Positions 17,470 to 28,400 of a stretch of DNA of 64,000 bases are shown here, one piece after another. The notes below the pieces were generated by a model, which was given only the letters and a program-made list of their open reading frames with translations, was not told the origin of the DNA and did no database searches. Both the position numbers and the translations under genes were made by a program. Within the stretch, counting starts at the first letter, position 1. Each line of letters starts with the position of its first letter. Source of the stretch: Planctomycetota bacterium (GTDB taxonomy: Bacteria > Planctomycetota > UBA1135 > GCA-002686595); assembly GCA_020638875.1 (NCBI GenBank), contig JACKHS010000012.1:37115-101114 (forward strand), read 5' to 3'.

Positions 17470-19815
17470 ATGGGCGCTGGCGACGGGAAGTTCGTGTTGG
17501 GGCTCCTGCTGGGCGCGCTGGTGGGCGCCGGCGGGCTGTACTGGCTGAACGGGGCGACCGGGCAGGCGGCGGCGAGCGCGCCGGCGCTCGAGCGCGAGAC
17601 GGCGCCCGCGGCGGTGAGCGCGCCGAGCGCCGCGGCGCCCGAGCTCACGCGCACCGCGAGTCGCGAGGAGCGCAACCAGGCCGCGTCGGACGACGCGGGT
17701 GAGGTCGAGGTCTCCGACACCGAGGTCGCGCGCCTCGTCGCGCAGACGCACGTCGAGCCGGCCGCGGTGACGCGCGGCGAGGGCACCGTGACCGGCGTCG
17801 TGCTCGACGCCGACGGGCGCGGCGTGGGCGGCGTGCTCGTGCGCGCCAGCGAGGACCGCAGCCGCAGCTACACGCGCGCGGCCGACAGCTTCTCGGGCGC
17901 GCCGCCCGTGGACCGCAGCGTCGAGGACGTGGTGAAGAGCGCCGTGACCTCGCACCTGCGCACGCGCGCCGAGCGCGTCGAGGCGCGCAGCGACGCCGCG
18001 GGCAACTTCACGCTCGCGCAGCTCGGCGACGGCACGTGGAGCGTGAACGCGTACAAGGAGGGCTTCCGACTCGAGCGCGTCGGCGAGTCGCGTTCGGTGC
18101 GCGCGGGCGACCGCGTCGAGTACACGGCCACGCCGGTGGTGGCCGTGCCGGTGCGCGTGCTCGCGGTCGGCGGCGCGCCCGCCGCGAAGGCCTTCGTGGT
18201 GTGCGACGGCGGCGACCGCTCGAGCCGCTGGAGTCTGCGCTGGAGCGCGGAGGAGCCGACGCTGTGGCTGCCCGCGGGCGACTACGAGCTGACCGCGTTC
18301 TCGTCCGACGGCAACGGCGACAGCGACCGCGAGGACAACGACGCGCGCGAGGCGTCGCAGACCGAGACGCTGGCGCTGCCCGCCGGCGCGCAGCCGGGCG
18401 AGGTCGTGCTGACTCTCGCGCCGCGCAGCGGCGTGCGCGGGCGCCTGCTGACGAGCGGCCTCCTGAGCTCGGACGACCGGCCGACCGCGAAGCTGATGGA
18501 GCTCGCGGCGGGCGCGGAGCCGAACCTCGAGGCGCTGGCCGACTCGAACAAGTCGTCGAACTCCTGGCGCGACGACAGCTACCACTTCTACGACCTCGAG
18601 CCGGGGCGCTACGTCGTGGGCGCGGCGCGCTCGAGCTGGAGCGCGCCGATCGTGGCGCACGAGGTCTTCGAGGTCACCGACGGCGTGCTCGAGCTGAACC
18701 TCACGCTGCCCGAGGCCGACCGCAGCCAGATGCTGGTGGTGCACGTGCAGGGCCCCGACGGCCGCCCGCTCGACGGCGTGGACTTCATGTTCGAGTACCA
18801 CAAGGGCTTCGGCGGCGGCAGCCGCGGCGTGCAGGCCGTGCAGGACCGCCAGAAGGATTGGCTGCTCGAGCTGCCCGAGGAGTTCCGCGAGGACTGGCTC
18901 GCCGGCAAGGCGACCACGGGCACGTACGGCCTGCAGGTCGAGCACGACCGCTACGGCACGCGCACGGTCGAGCTCACGCCCGGTCAGCTCGACGTCTCCG
19001 TCCGCTTCGAGGAACCCGCGAGCCTCGTCGTCGACGTGCCCGGCTACGTCGGCAGCGCGTACGTCGGCCGCGTGCTGGTGCAGTGCACCAACAAGGGCAG
19101 CCGCTCGACCTGGTTCAACAGCGACGACGGCGGGCGCGTCAACGCCGCGGGCAGCGCGACCTTCGACAAGCTCGCGCCGGGCGAGTACTCGCTCGCGCTG
19201 ATGATCGAGCAGGACGACGCCGGCGGCTGGCGCCCGCAGCAGCGCGTCGCGGGGACGGACTTCAAGGTCGGCCCCGGCGAGAACCACGCCACGCTGGCCA
19301 TCCCGCCGCTGCACGTGCTCGTCGTGCACTACGCCGACGCGAAGAGCGGCGCGAACCTGGCGCTGCGGCCGCTCGACCGGGACGAGACGGATCCCTGGGG
19401 CCGCTCGGGCGCCGAGTTCGGCGACGACGGCCTCGCGCGCTTCGAGTGCGTGCCGGCCGGCGACTACGAGCTGATGTTCTGGGGCGGCGCGCCGAAGAAG
19501 ATGCGCGTGAGCGTGCCCTGCGGCCAGGTCGAGTTCACGCCCATGCGGCTCGACGCGCTGCTCGTCACGATCACCGACGAAGGCGGCGACCTCGCGAAGG
19601 CCGGGTTCCGCGCGGGCGACCTCGTGATCGGCGTGAACGGCGCCGAGTTCGAGGGCGAGCCCGGCAACCCCTGGGGCGAGCTCTACTCCTCGAAGACCGC
19701 CGAGCTGACCTACATCGTGCTGCGCGGCGGCAAGCGCCTCGAGGTCACGCTGCGCGGTGCTGACGTGGGCGACTGGTCGACGATGGGCGGCACCCTCGAG
19801 CCGACGGCGCGCTGA
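17470..19815 (+). CDS. single-pass membrane protein with carboxypeptidase-regulatory-like repeats and C-terminal PDZ domain
   Basis: SD gggaggga lies upstream. N-terminal anchor FVLGLLLGALVGAGGLYWL. Repeated blocks include GTVTGVVLDADGRGVGGVLVRA and DAAGNFTLAQLGDGTW. The C-terminus is PDZ-like: GFRAGDLVIGVNGAEF...YIVLRGGKRLEVTL. Confidence 0.7.
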   Translation: MGAGDGKFVLGLLLGALVGAGGLYWLNGATGQAAASAPALERETAPAAVSAPSAAAPELTRTASREERNQAASDDAGEVEVSDTEVARLVAQTHVEPAAVTRGEGTVTGVVLDADGRGVGGVLVRASEDRSRSYTRAADSFSGAPPVDRSVEDVVKSAVTSHLRTRAERVEARSDAAGNFTLAQLGDGTWSVNAYKEGFRLERVGESRSVRAGDRVEYTATPVVAVPVRVLAVGGAPAAKAFVVCDGGDRSSRWSLRWSAEEPTLWLPAGDYELTAFSSDGNGDSDREDNDAREASQTETLALPAGAQPGEVVLTLAPRSGVRGRLLTSGLLSSDDRPTAKLMELAAGAEPNLEALADSNKSSNSWRDDSYHFYDLEPGRYVVGAARSSWSAPIVAHEVFEVTDGVLELNLTLPEADRSQMLVVHVQGPDGRPLDGVDFMFEYHKGFGGGSRGVQAVQDRQKDWLLELPEEFREDWLAGKATTGTYGLQVEHDRYGTRTVELTPGQLDVSVRFEEPASLVVDVPGYVGSAYVGRVLVQCTNKGSRSTWFNSDDGGRVNAAGSATFDKLAPGEYSLALMIEQDDAGGWRPQQRVAGTDFKVGPGENHATLAIPPLHVLVVHYADAKSGANLALRPLDRDETDPWGRSGAEFGDDGLARFECVPAGDYELMFWGGAPKKMRVSVPCGQVEFTPMRLDALLVTITDEGGDLAKAGFRAGDLVIGVNGAEFEGEPGNPWGELYSSKTAELTYIVLRGGKRLEVTLRGADVGDWSTMGGTLEPTAR

Positions 19816-19822
19816 GGCCGGC

Positions 19823-19860
19823 GCCCCGCGCCCCGTGTGACGCGACACGGGGCGCGGGCG
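19823..19860 (+). terminator. GC hairpin downstream of 17470..19815
   Basis: cgcgccccgtgt-gacgcg-acacggggcgcg is a 12-bp perfect stem (extendable) starting 8 nt after the stop. There is no U-tract, so intrinsic termination is uncertain. Confidence 0.4.
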
Positions 19861-19952
19861 CGGAATTCGCGCGCGGTCGTCACACGGGCGGCGCGTCGCT
19901 CGTCCTGCTCGCGACGCGCGAGGTCGCCCCCCTCGGCGTCCCGGAGCCCACG

Positions 19953-20489
19953 ATGACCGACGCCCCCACCCCCACCCCCACGCCCGACGAGCTGCGCGAG
20001 CACCTGCGCGCCTTCGGGCGCGCCTACGCCTACGACGCGAGCTACCTCGAGGAGCTGCTCGCCGCGAGCCCGGCCGGCTTTCGCGCGTTCCAGGCCGCGC
20101 AGCCGCTGGGCGCGTTCCGCCGCGAGCTGCCGCTCGAGGCGCACTGGGTCGCGCGCGTCGCGACGATGCAGGCCGAGGACTGCGGCGCGTGCGGCCAGCT
20201 CAACGTGCGCATGGCCCTCGAGGCGGGCGTCGACCGCGAGCTGCTGCGCGCGCTGGTGCACGCGCCGGACGCGCTCGACGAGGCGCTGCGCGACGTGCGC
20301 CTGCACGCGCTGGCCGTCGCGCGCGCGGAGCCGGTGGACCTCGAGCGCGTCGAGCGCCTGCGCGCCCGCTACGGCGCGGCGGGCCTCGCGGAGCTCGCGC
20401 TCGTCGTCGCGGGCTGCCGCGTGTACCCGACGCTGAAGCGCGCCCTCGGCCGCATGGCCGCTTGCGCGCCGGTGAGCGTCGACGTCTGA
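19953..20489 (+). CDS. carboxymuconolactone decarboxylase (AhpD-like) family protein, CxxC-containing
   Basis: 178-aa helical protein with EDCGACGQLN. It sits immediately upstream of an ECF41-type sigma gene, and its stop overlaps that gene's start (TGATG). This matches the known CMD/oxidoreductase/epimerase neighbourhood of ECF41 sigmas. Confidence 0.55.
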   Translation: MTDAPTPTPTPDELREHLRAFGRAYAYDASYLEELLAASPAGFRAFQAAQPLGAFRRELPLEAHWVARVATMQAEDCGACGQLNVRMALEAGVDRELLRALVHAPDALDEALRDVRLHALAVARAEPVDLERVERLRARYGAAGLAELALVVAGCRVYPTLKRALGRMAACAPVSVDV

Positions 20490-21364
20490 TGCGGCCCGCC
20501 ATGGCCGACGTCCGCCTCTTCGAGGAGCAGCGCGCGCACCTCGCGCGGCTCGCCTACCAGCTCCTCGGCTCGGTCGGCGACGCCGAGGACATGGTGCAGG
20601 AGACGTTCGTGCGCTGGCAGGCCGCCGGCGACTTCGCGCCGCGCGACGCGCGCGCGTGGTTCACGACGACGTGCACGCGGCTGTGCCTCGATCGCCTGAA
20701 GTCCGCGCAGCGCCAGCGCCGCGAGTACGTCGGCGAGTGGCTGCCCGAGCCGCTGCTCGCGACGCCCGCGGAGGACCCGCGCGAGCTCGACGACGCGGTC
20801 TCGGTCGCGCTGCTCGTGACGCTGGAGGCGCTCGCCCCCGCCGAGCGCGCGGCCTTCCTGCTGCACGACGTGTTCGGCTACGAGTTCGCCGAGGTCGCCC
20901 GGATCCTCGCGCTGAAGCCCGCGCACTGCCGCCAGCTCGCCGTGCGCGCGCGGGCGCGACTGCGCGGCCGCGAGCACCCGCGGGCGGTGGACCGTGCGGG
21001 CTACGAGCGCCTCTCGCACGCCTTCTTCGCGGCGCTGCGCGGCGGCGACCTCGAGGGCCTGCAGGCGCTCCTGTGCGAGGACGTGCGCTTCCACGCCGAC
21101 GGCGGCGGCAAGGCCAGCGCCGCGCGGCGCGTGCTCGCGGGACGCCCGGCCGTGCTGCGCTTCCTCGAGCGCGCCGTGATCGCCGGGCAGCGCGAGGTGC
21201 CGCACGAGGCGCGCGACGTCTGGTTCAACGGGGCGCCCGGCGTCGTGCTGTACGCGGACGGCGCGCCGGTCAGCGCCTTCCAGTTCGAGCTCGCCGGCGA
21301 GCGCATCGGGGCGATCTACGTGCACCGCAACCCCGACAAGCTCGCGGCCTTCGCGGGCGTCTGA
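20489..21364 (+). CDS. ECF41-type (SigJ-like) sigma factor with SnoaL-like C-terminal extension
   Basis: Region 2 (DAEDMVQETFVRW) and region 4 (ERAAFLLHDVFGYEFAEVARILALKPAHCRQLAVRAR). The C-terminal extension carries both conserved ECF41 motifs, DGGGK and NPDKL. Confidence 0.88.
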   Translation: MRPAMADVRLFEEQRAHLARLAYQLLGSVGDAEDMVQETFVRWQAAGDFAPRDARAWFTTTCTRLCLDRLKSAQRQRREYVGEWLPEPLLATPAEDPRELDDAVSVALLVTLEALAPAERAAFLLHDVFGYEFAEVARILALKPAHCRQLAVRARARLRGREHPRAVDRAGYERLSHAFFAALRGGDLEGLQALLCEDVRFHADGGGKASAARRVLAGRPAVLRFLERAVIAGQREVPHEARDVWFNGAPGVVLYADGAPVSAFQFELAGERIGAIYVHRNPDKLAAFAGV

Positions 21365-21384
21365 GGCGCGCCGCACGCGCGCGC

Positions 21385-22470
21385 TCAGCGCGGCGCGGTG
21401 ACCGCGGCGAACACGCGCTCGAAGTTCGCGCCGAGCACGAGCTCGACCTCGCGCTCGGAGAGGCCGCGCCGCAGCAGCGGCTCGACGAGTCGCCCGTAGC
21501 AGCTCGCGTCGTCCAGCTCCCCCACCGAGACCTGGATGCCGTCGAAGTCCGAGCCCAGGCCGACGTGCTCGACGCCGGCCACGTCGATCGCGTGCAGGAC
21601 GTGGTCGACGAGACGCTCGATCGACAGCGGCGGTACGCGCTCGCGCAGCCAGGCGAGTTGCGCCAGGCCGAGCGCGGTGTCGTCGGCGGCCTGCAGGGCG
21701 CGGTAGGCCGGCTCGGCGCGCGCGTCCGCGGCGGCGCGCTGCGCGTCCGCGTCGAGGAAGCTCGGCAGGAAGGGCAGCCCGACGACGCCGCCGTTCGCCG
21801 CCAGCGCGCGCAGCTCGTCGTCGGCGAGGTTGCGCGGGTGCTCGTGCAGCGCCTTGCAGCCCGAGTGGCTGGCGATGACCGGCGCGCAGCTCGCGTCGAG
21901 CGCGTCGCGGAAGCTCTGCGGCGCGGCGTGCGAGAGGTCCACGACGATGCCCAGCTCGTTGCAGCGCCGCACCATGCGGCGCCCGAGCTCGGACAACCCC
22001 GCGGGCGTGTCCGGGCCGGCGCTCTCCGCGACGCACGAGCGCACCCAGGCGAGGTGGTTGTTCCAGCACAACGTCAGCACGCGCAGGCCGCGGCGCCAGA
22101 AGTGCTCGAGCGCCGCGAGGTCGTCGTCGAGCGGGTGGCCGCCCTCCATGCCGGCGATGAGCGCGATGCGGCCGGCGGCGCGCGCGGCGGCCAGCTCCGC
22201 GCCGTCGGTGACGAGCGCGCAGGCGTCGGGGTGGCGCGCGGCGAGGGCGTGCAGCTCGTCCAGGAGCGCCTCGGCCCGCGCGCGGTGGCCGCCGGGGCGC
22301 GCGCCGAAGTCGGGCGACACCCAGGCCGTCAGGACCACCGCGCCGAGCCCGCCCTCGCGGGCGCGCACGAGGTCGAGGTGACCCGGCCCGCGGCGGCCCA
22401 GGTCGGCGCCCAGGTCGAGGGCGAGCTGGAGCGAGTCCACGTGGGCGTCGAAGACGGGCAGCGGGCGCAT
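21385..22470 (-). CDS. membrane dipeptidase (peptidase family M19)
   Basis: VFDAHVDS, VVDLSH, IASHSG and GLGSDFDG motifs. The start is uncertain among 22470, 22488 and 22542. The shortest version (MRPLPVFDAHVD) is chosen. Confidence 0.85.
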   Translation of the reverse strand: MRPLPVFDAHVDSLQLALDLGADLGRRGPGHLDLVRAREGGLGAVVLTAWVSPDFGARPGGHRARAEALLDELHALAARHPDACALVTDGAELAAARAAGRIALIAGMEGGHPLDDDLAALEHFWRRGLRVLTLCWNNHLAWVRSCVAESAGPDTPAGLSELGRRMVRRCNELGIVVDLSHAAPQSFRDALDASCAPVIASHSGCKALHEHPRNLADDELRALAANGGVVGLPFLPSFLDADAQRAAADARAEPAYRALQAADDTALGLAQLAWLRERVPPLSIERLVDHVLHAIDVAGVEHVGLGSDFDGIQVSVGELDDASCYGRLVEPLLRRGLSEREVELVLGANFERVFAAVTAPR

Positions 22471-22740
22471 GGGCCCACGATGCCCCATCGGCGGGCCGCC
22501 CTCAACGGGCTCGCGGCGGCGCTCGGGCGCTCGACCTGTCAAGCTGACAGGCCGCCTGGGCCGCCGCCGCGCGGGCTGCCAGAGTGGCAGGCAGGCGGCG
22601 GCGCGGGCGGGCGCGCGGGGGCCGGGGGAGGGCCGCGCGGGGGCGCTGCAGGGGCTCTGCGGGGGCCGCGAGGCGCCTCACGGGGCCTGCCGGGGCAGCG
22701 GCACGCGGTTTGCTCTCGGCGGGCCCGAGCGCCCCCCGCC

Positions 22741-23154
22741 ATGTCCTACGACCGCCGCATCCTCATCGCCGACGACGACCAGGAGATCCGCCTGGGCGTC
22801 GCCGATCTGTTGGGGCCGCTGGGCCTGGAGATCCTGCTGGCGGAGTCGGGCGTGCAGGCGCTCGAGCTCGTGCGCCGCGGCGGGCTGGACCTCGCGCTGC
22901 TCGACTACAAGATGCCCGGCCCGACGGGGCTCGAGATCCTCGAGACCATCCGCGCCGAGCTGCTCGACGTGCCCGCCATCCTGTGCTCCGCCGACGCCGA
23001 CGGCGACGTGGGCGTGCTGGCCCGCCGCGCCGGCGCGTTCGCCGTGCTGACCAAGCCCGTGAATCCGGCCGAGCTGCGCCGCGAGGTCGTGCGCGCGCTC
23101 ACGCTGTCGACCGACCCGCGCATGCCGCGCAACCCGCGCCCGCTCGAGAGCTGA
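22741..23154 (+). CDS. single-domain response regulator (receiver only)
   Basis: MSYDRRILIADDDQEIR, phospho-acceptor context LALLDYKMPGPTGLEIL, and conserved K in VLTKP. There is no output domain. Only the last 137 codons of track ORF 20656..23154 are credible. Confidence 0.85.
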   Translation: MSYDRRILIADDDQEIRLGVADLLGPLGLEILLAESGVQALELVRRGGLDLALLDYKMPGPTGLEILETIRAELLDVPAILCSADADGDVGVLARRAGAFAVLTKPVNPAELRREVVRALTLSTDPRMPRNPRPLES

Positions 23155-23253
23155 GCCCGCCGCACCGCACAGCCGCCGCGCCCCGCACGCGCGGCGGCCT
23201 GGTTCATCCCCTCCCTGATCGTCCCAACCACCTATCGCAAGAGAAGAGTCGCC

Positions 23254-23586
23254 ATGTCCACGAAGACCAAGAGCGCCCCCAAGTCCAAGAAGAACGTCGG
23301 CATCCGTCCCCTCGGCGAGCGCATCCTCGTCCAGCGCCTCGAGGCCGAAGCCAAGACCGCGGGCGGCATCCTGCTGCCGGAGAGCGCCAAGGAGAAGCCG
23401 AAGGAAGGCATCATCATCGCGCTCGGTGACGGCCGCCTGCTCGACAGCGGCGAGCGCGCCGAGTGGAACGTGAAGGTCGGCGACCGCGTGCTGTTCACCT
23501 CCTACGGCGGCACCGAGGTCAAGTACGCCGGCGAGGAGTACCTGATCATGGAAGAGCGCGACATCCTCGGCGTGATCGAAGGCTGA
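23254..23586 (+). CDS. groES: co-chaperonin GroES with ~15-aa Lys-rich N-terminal extension
   Basis: [44 protein letters not shown] is canonical GroES. It is preceded by [16 protein letters not shown], with no alternative in-frame start nearer the core. Confidence 0.93.
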   Translation: MSTKTKSAPKSKKNVGIRPLGERILVQRLEAEAKTAGGILLPESAKEKPKEGIIIALGDGRLLDSGERAEWNVKVGDRVLFTSYGGTEVKYAGEEYLIMEERDILGVIEG

Positions 23587-23614
23587 GCCGCCGCGACACC
23601 AGGAGAGCAATCCC

Positions 23615-25228
<1,614 letters not shown>

Positions 25229-25262
25229 GCGCCGGTCCTAGACCTCCAATCCGAATTCGTAA

Positions 25263-25300
25263 GGGCCGCGCACCCCGTATCGGGTGCGCGGCCCTCTTTC
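25263..25300 (+). terminator. rho-independent terminator of groESL
   Basis: A gggccgcgcaccc stem, short loop and gggtgcgcggccc stem are followed by tctttc. It begins 35 nt after the groEL stop. Confidence 0.8.
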
Positions 25301-25486
25301 GTGTCGTGCCTCCCGCTCGCGTGAGGTCGAGCGCCGACGCCCCGAGCACATCAAGAGATGTTCGTCCGATTAAGCGGCTTGCGCGCTGGCCCGGGCGTAC
25401 GCTGCAAGTCTGGCTGGTAGGAGCCAGCGGCTGCTCCAGCCTCCCAGCCTCGATCCAATCGGTATTCATCGAGGAGGAGACACGTG

Positions 25487-28400
25487 ATGAGATCCGACAC
25501 GCGCAGAGTCGGGCTCCGCCTATCGCTCGTTCTTGGAGCGTTGGGCCTGACTCTCTCGGCGGGCAGCGCGACCGCGCAGTCCCGGGTGTATTTCGATGCG
25601 ACCTCGAAGGACGCGCAGCGCGCCGCCGCCGGCGCTCTCGAGCGCGACTACCTGGTCGACGTCGGCCCGCGCCTGATCGCACCCGACCGGAACACGAGCG
25701 TCGACCTGTCCAAGGGGACGGCCGACGTCTACCTGCAGTTCGAGCGCTCGCTCTCGCTCCGAGAGCGCGGCGCCTACCAGCTCGAAGGCGTGGTCTTCCA
25801 GCAGGCCATGCGAGGCCACACCTACCGCGCGATGCTGACGCGCCAAGCGGCGCCGCGGCTCCGCGCCGACCCGCTCTTCCGGGGCATCGAACCCGTCCTC
25901 CCCGTCGACAGGCTCTCGCGAGGCCTGTGGGAGGACAGCGTCTCGCCGAACGTGCGGCACGCCGACGGCTCCGTCGACGCCTTCGTGCGCTTCCATCCGC
26001 GCGTGACCCTTCGGCGCGCGCAGGCCCTGCTCGAAGAGTGGGGCGTCCGCTACCAGCAGACCGACTCCTTCCTGCTGGGGCACCGCCTCGAGGTCGACGT
26101 CACGCACGGACAGGCGCTCGTGCTCGCCGAGAGCGACCTCGTCGTGCGGCTCTACGAGTCGGGTCCGCCCAAGGGCGCCGACAACGCGAACGCCGCGATC
26201 CTCTCCCACGTCGACCTCGTGCAGGCTCCGCCCTACAACCTGAGCGGTGCGGGCGAGATCCTCGGCATCTGGGACATAGGCGACGTGCGCACCGATCACG
26301 AGCAGCTCACCGGCCGCGTGGTCCTGCACGACTTCTCGGGCGTGAACGACCACTCGACCCACGTGGCCGGCACGCTGATCGGAGACGGCACGGGCAACGG
26401 TGCCGCCAAGGGCATGGCCCCCGGCGCGGCCCAGCTGCACTCCTACGACTTCCAGGGCGACACGGCCAACGAGATGCTGCTGTCGTGGTTCAACGACGTG
26501 ATCCAGTACGCGAACCACTCGTGGGGTCACGTCATCGGCTGGGACCAGGGCATCGACATGGGCTTCTCCAGCTGGTTCGGGCTGTACGAGTCCACGGCGG
26601 AGGACTGGGACGACCTGGTCCGCATGACCGACCTGCTCGTTCAGAAGTCGTCCGGCAACGACGGCAACGACTGCAACGCGAGCGGCACCCTGTGTGACGG
26701 CGTCGCGGGCGCGGATGGGTTCCGCTACCACACGATCCCCAGCTTCGGCGTCGCGAAGAACGTCATCACGGTCGGCGCCGTGAACGCCGCCGCGATCCTG
26801 ACGGGCTTCTCCTCGACCGGGCCCACCGACGACAACCGCATCAAGCCCGACGTCGTGGCGAAGGGCGACTTCACCACCTCGGCCTGGGCACAGGGCGCGA
26901 CGATCTCGGGTCCGTGCGACGGCCTCGACTACTGCGGGATCGGCGGCACGTCGATGTCCACGCCCGTCGTCACGGGTGGCATCGCCCTGATCACGGAGCA
27001 GTACCGCGACGTCTACAGCAACTACAACCCGCCGGCGGACCTGATCAAGGCGGTGGTGGTCAACACCGCCATCGACGAGGGCCGCTTCGGACCGGACTAC
27101 GCCTACGGGCACGGCCTCTTCAACGCGCTGGCCGCGGTGGACACCGTGCAGGTCGGCCCTTCGCGCATCCTGCGCGACACGATCGACTCCGGCCACACGA
27201 AGCGCTACACGCTGCTGGTCCCGGAGAACCTGCCCATGCTGCGGGTGACCGGGGCCTGGACGGACTATCCGGGCCTGCCGAACTCGTCCGACCCGGACCT
27301 GGTGAACGACCTGGACTTCAAGCTGATCGACCACAACGGGAACGTGTACTGGCCGTTCTCCGGGCCGACGGGCCTGCCCACCGATCCGGCGACGAACACC
27401 GGCCCCAACACGGTGGACAACGTCGAGGCGTTCATGGTGCCCGGCCCGCCCTCGGGCGTCTGGACCGTCGAGGTCAAGGCCACGTCGACGCCGTTCAGCC
27501 CGCAGGACTTCGCGCTGGTGTGCAACGCGCCGCTGTGGCTCGACACGATCCCCGACATCGAGGTCGTCGACCGCATGATCTTCGACTACACCTGCCCGGC
27601 CGGCGCCGCGGTGCCCGAGGAGCAGGACCTGACGATCTTCAACCTCGGCGGCGGCAACCTGAACGTCGACAACGTCTTCGTGTTCGGCGTCGGCGCGGAC
27701 TTCCAGCTCGCCAGCGAGCCCTCGCCGCCCTTCGTGCTGGTGCCCGGTGGACACGTGGACCTCGTCGTGAGGTTCGTCCCGGACACCATCGGCATGAAGC
27801 TGGCGACGCTCAACATCTTCACCAACGACCCCGACGAGCCGGTCCGGGTCGTGGAGCTCAGCGGCCTCGCGGCTGCGCCGCTCCTGACAGTCACGCTCGA
27901 GGGCAAGGGCGAGTTCGGCAACGTGCTGCTCGGGGAGCGCGAACTCCGCGAGCTGCAGGTCGTGAACCACGGCCTGTGTGACCTCGTACTGAACGATCTC
28001 CAGCGCCTCTCCGGCAGCGCGGCCTTCTCGGTCGGCGAGCTCCCGGGTCACCCGGACTTCCCGATCACGCTCTTCCCCGGGGAGCACCTGCTGATCCCCT
28101 TCGAGTACGCGCCGACGGACTTCGGTCCGGCCTTCGCGCAGATGCAGCTCACGAGCAACGACCTCAAGACGCCGTCGCTCGTCTTCCCGCTGCACGGCAC
28201 CTGCCCGCCGCCTGTCCTGACGATCTCCGGCGACCTCGCGTTCGGCGATGTCTGCGCCGACGGCGGCGCCGAGCGGACGATCCAGGTCTGCAACACGGGC
28301 GCGAGCGACCTGATCGTGATCGACGCGAGCCTGAGCTCGGGTTGCACGGACTTCGAGATCGTCGGCGACCCGTTCCCCGCAGCGGTCAGCCACGACTTCT

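Noticed and set aside
15994-19848. 1284-codon minus-strand ORF, the second-longest in the ORF track
   Set aside because: It is antisense to the ChaN-like gene and the repeat/PDZ gene, both of which have real motifs, signals and SDs. Its translation is Arg/Ala/Gly/His-rich low complexity with no motif. This is typical of the open antisense frames of very GC-rich DNA.
23155-23253. Search for a CIRCE operator or obvious sigma-32 promoter upstream of groES
   Set aside because: No TTAGCACTC-N9-GAGTGCTAA-like inverted repeat or CTTGAAA/CCCCAT pair is visible, so no regulatory feature is annotated.
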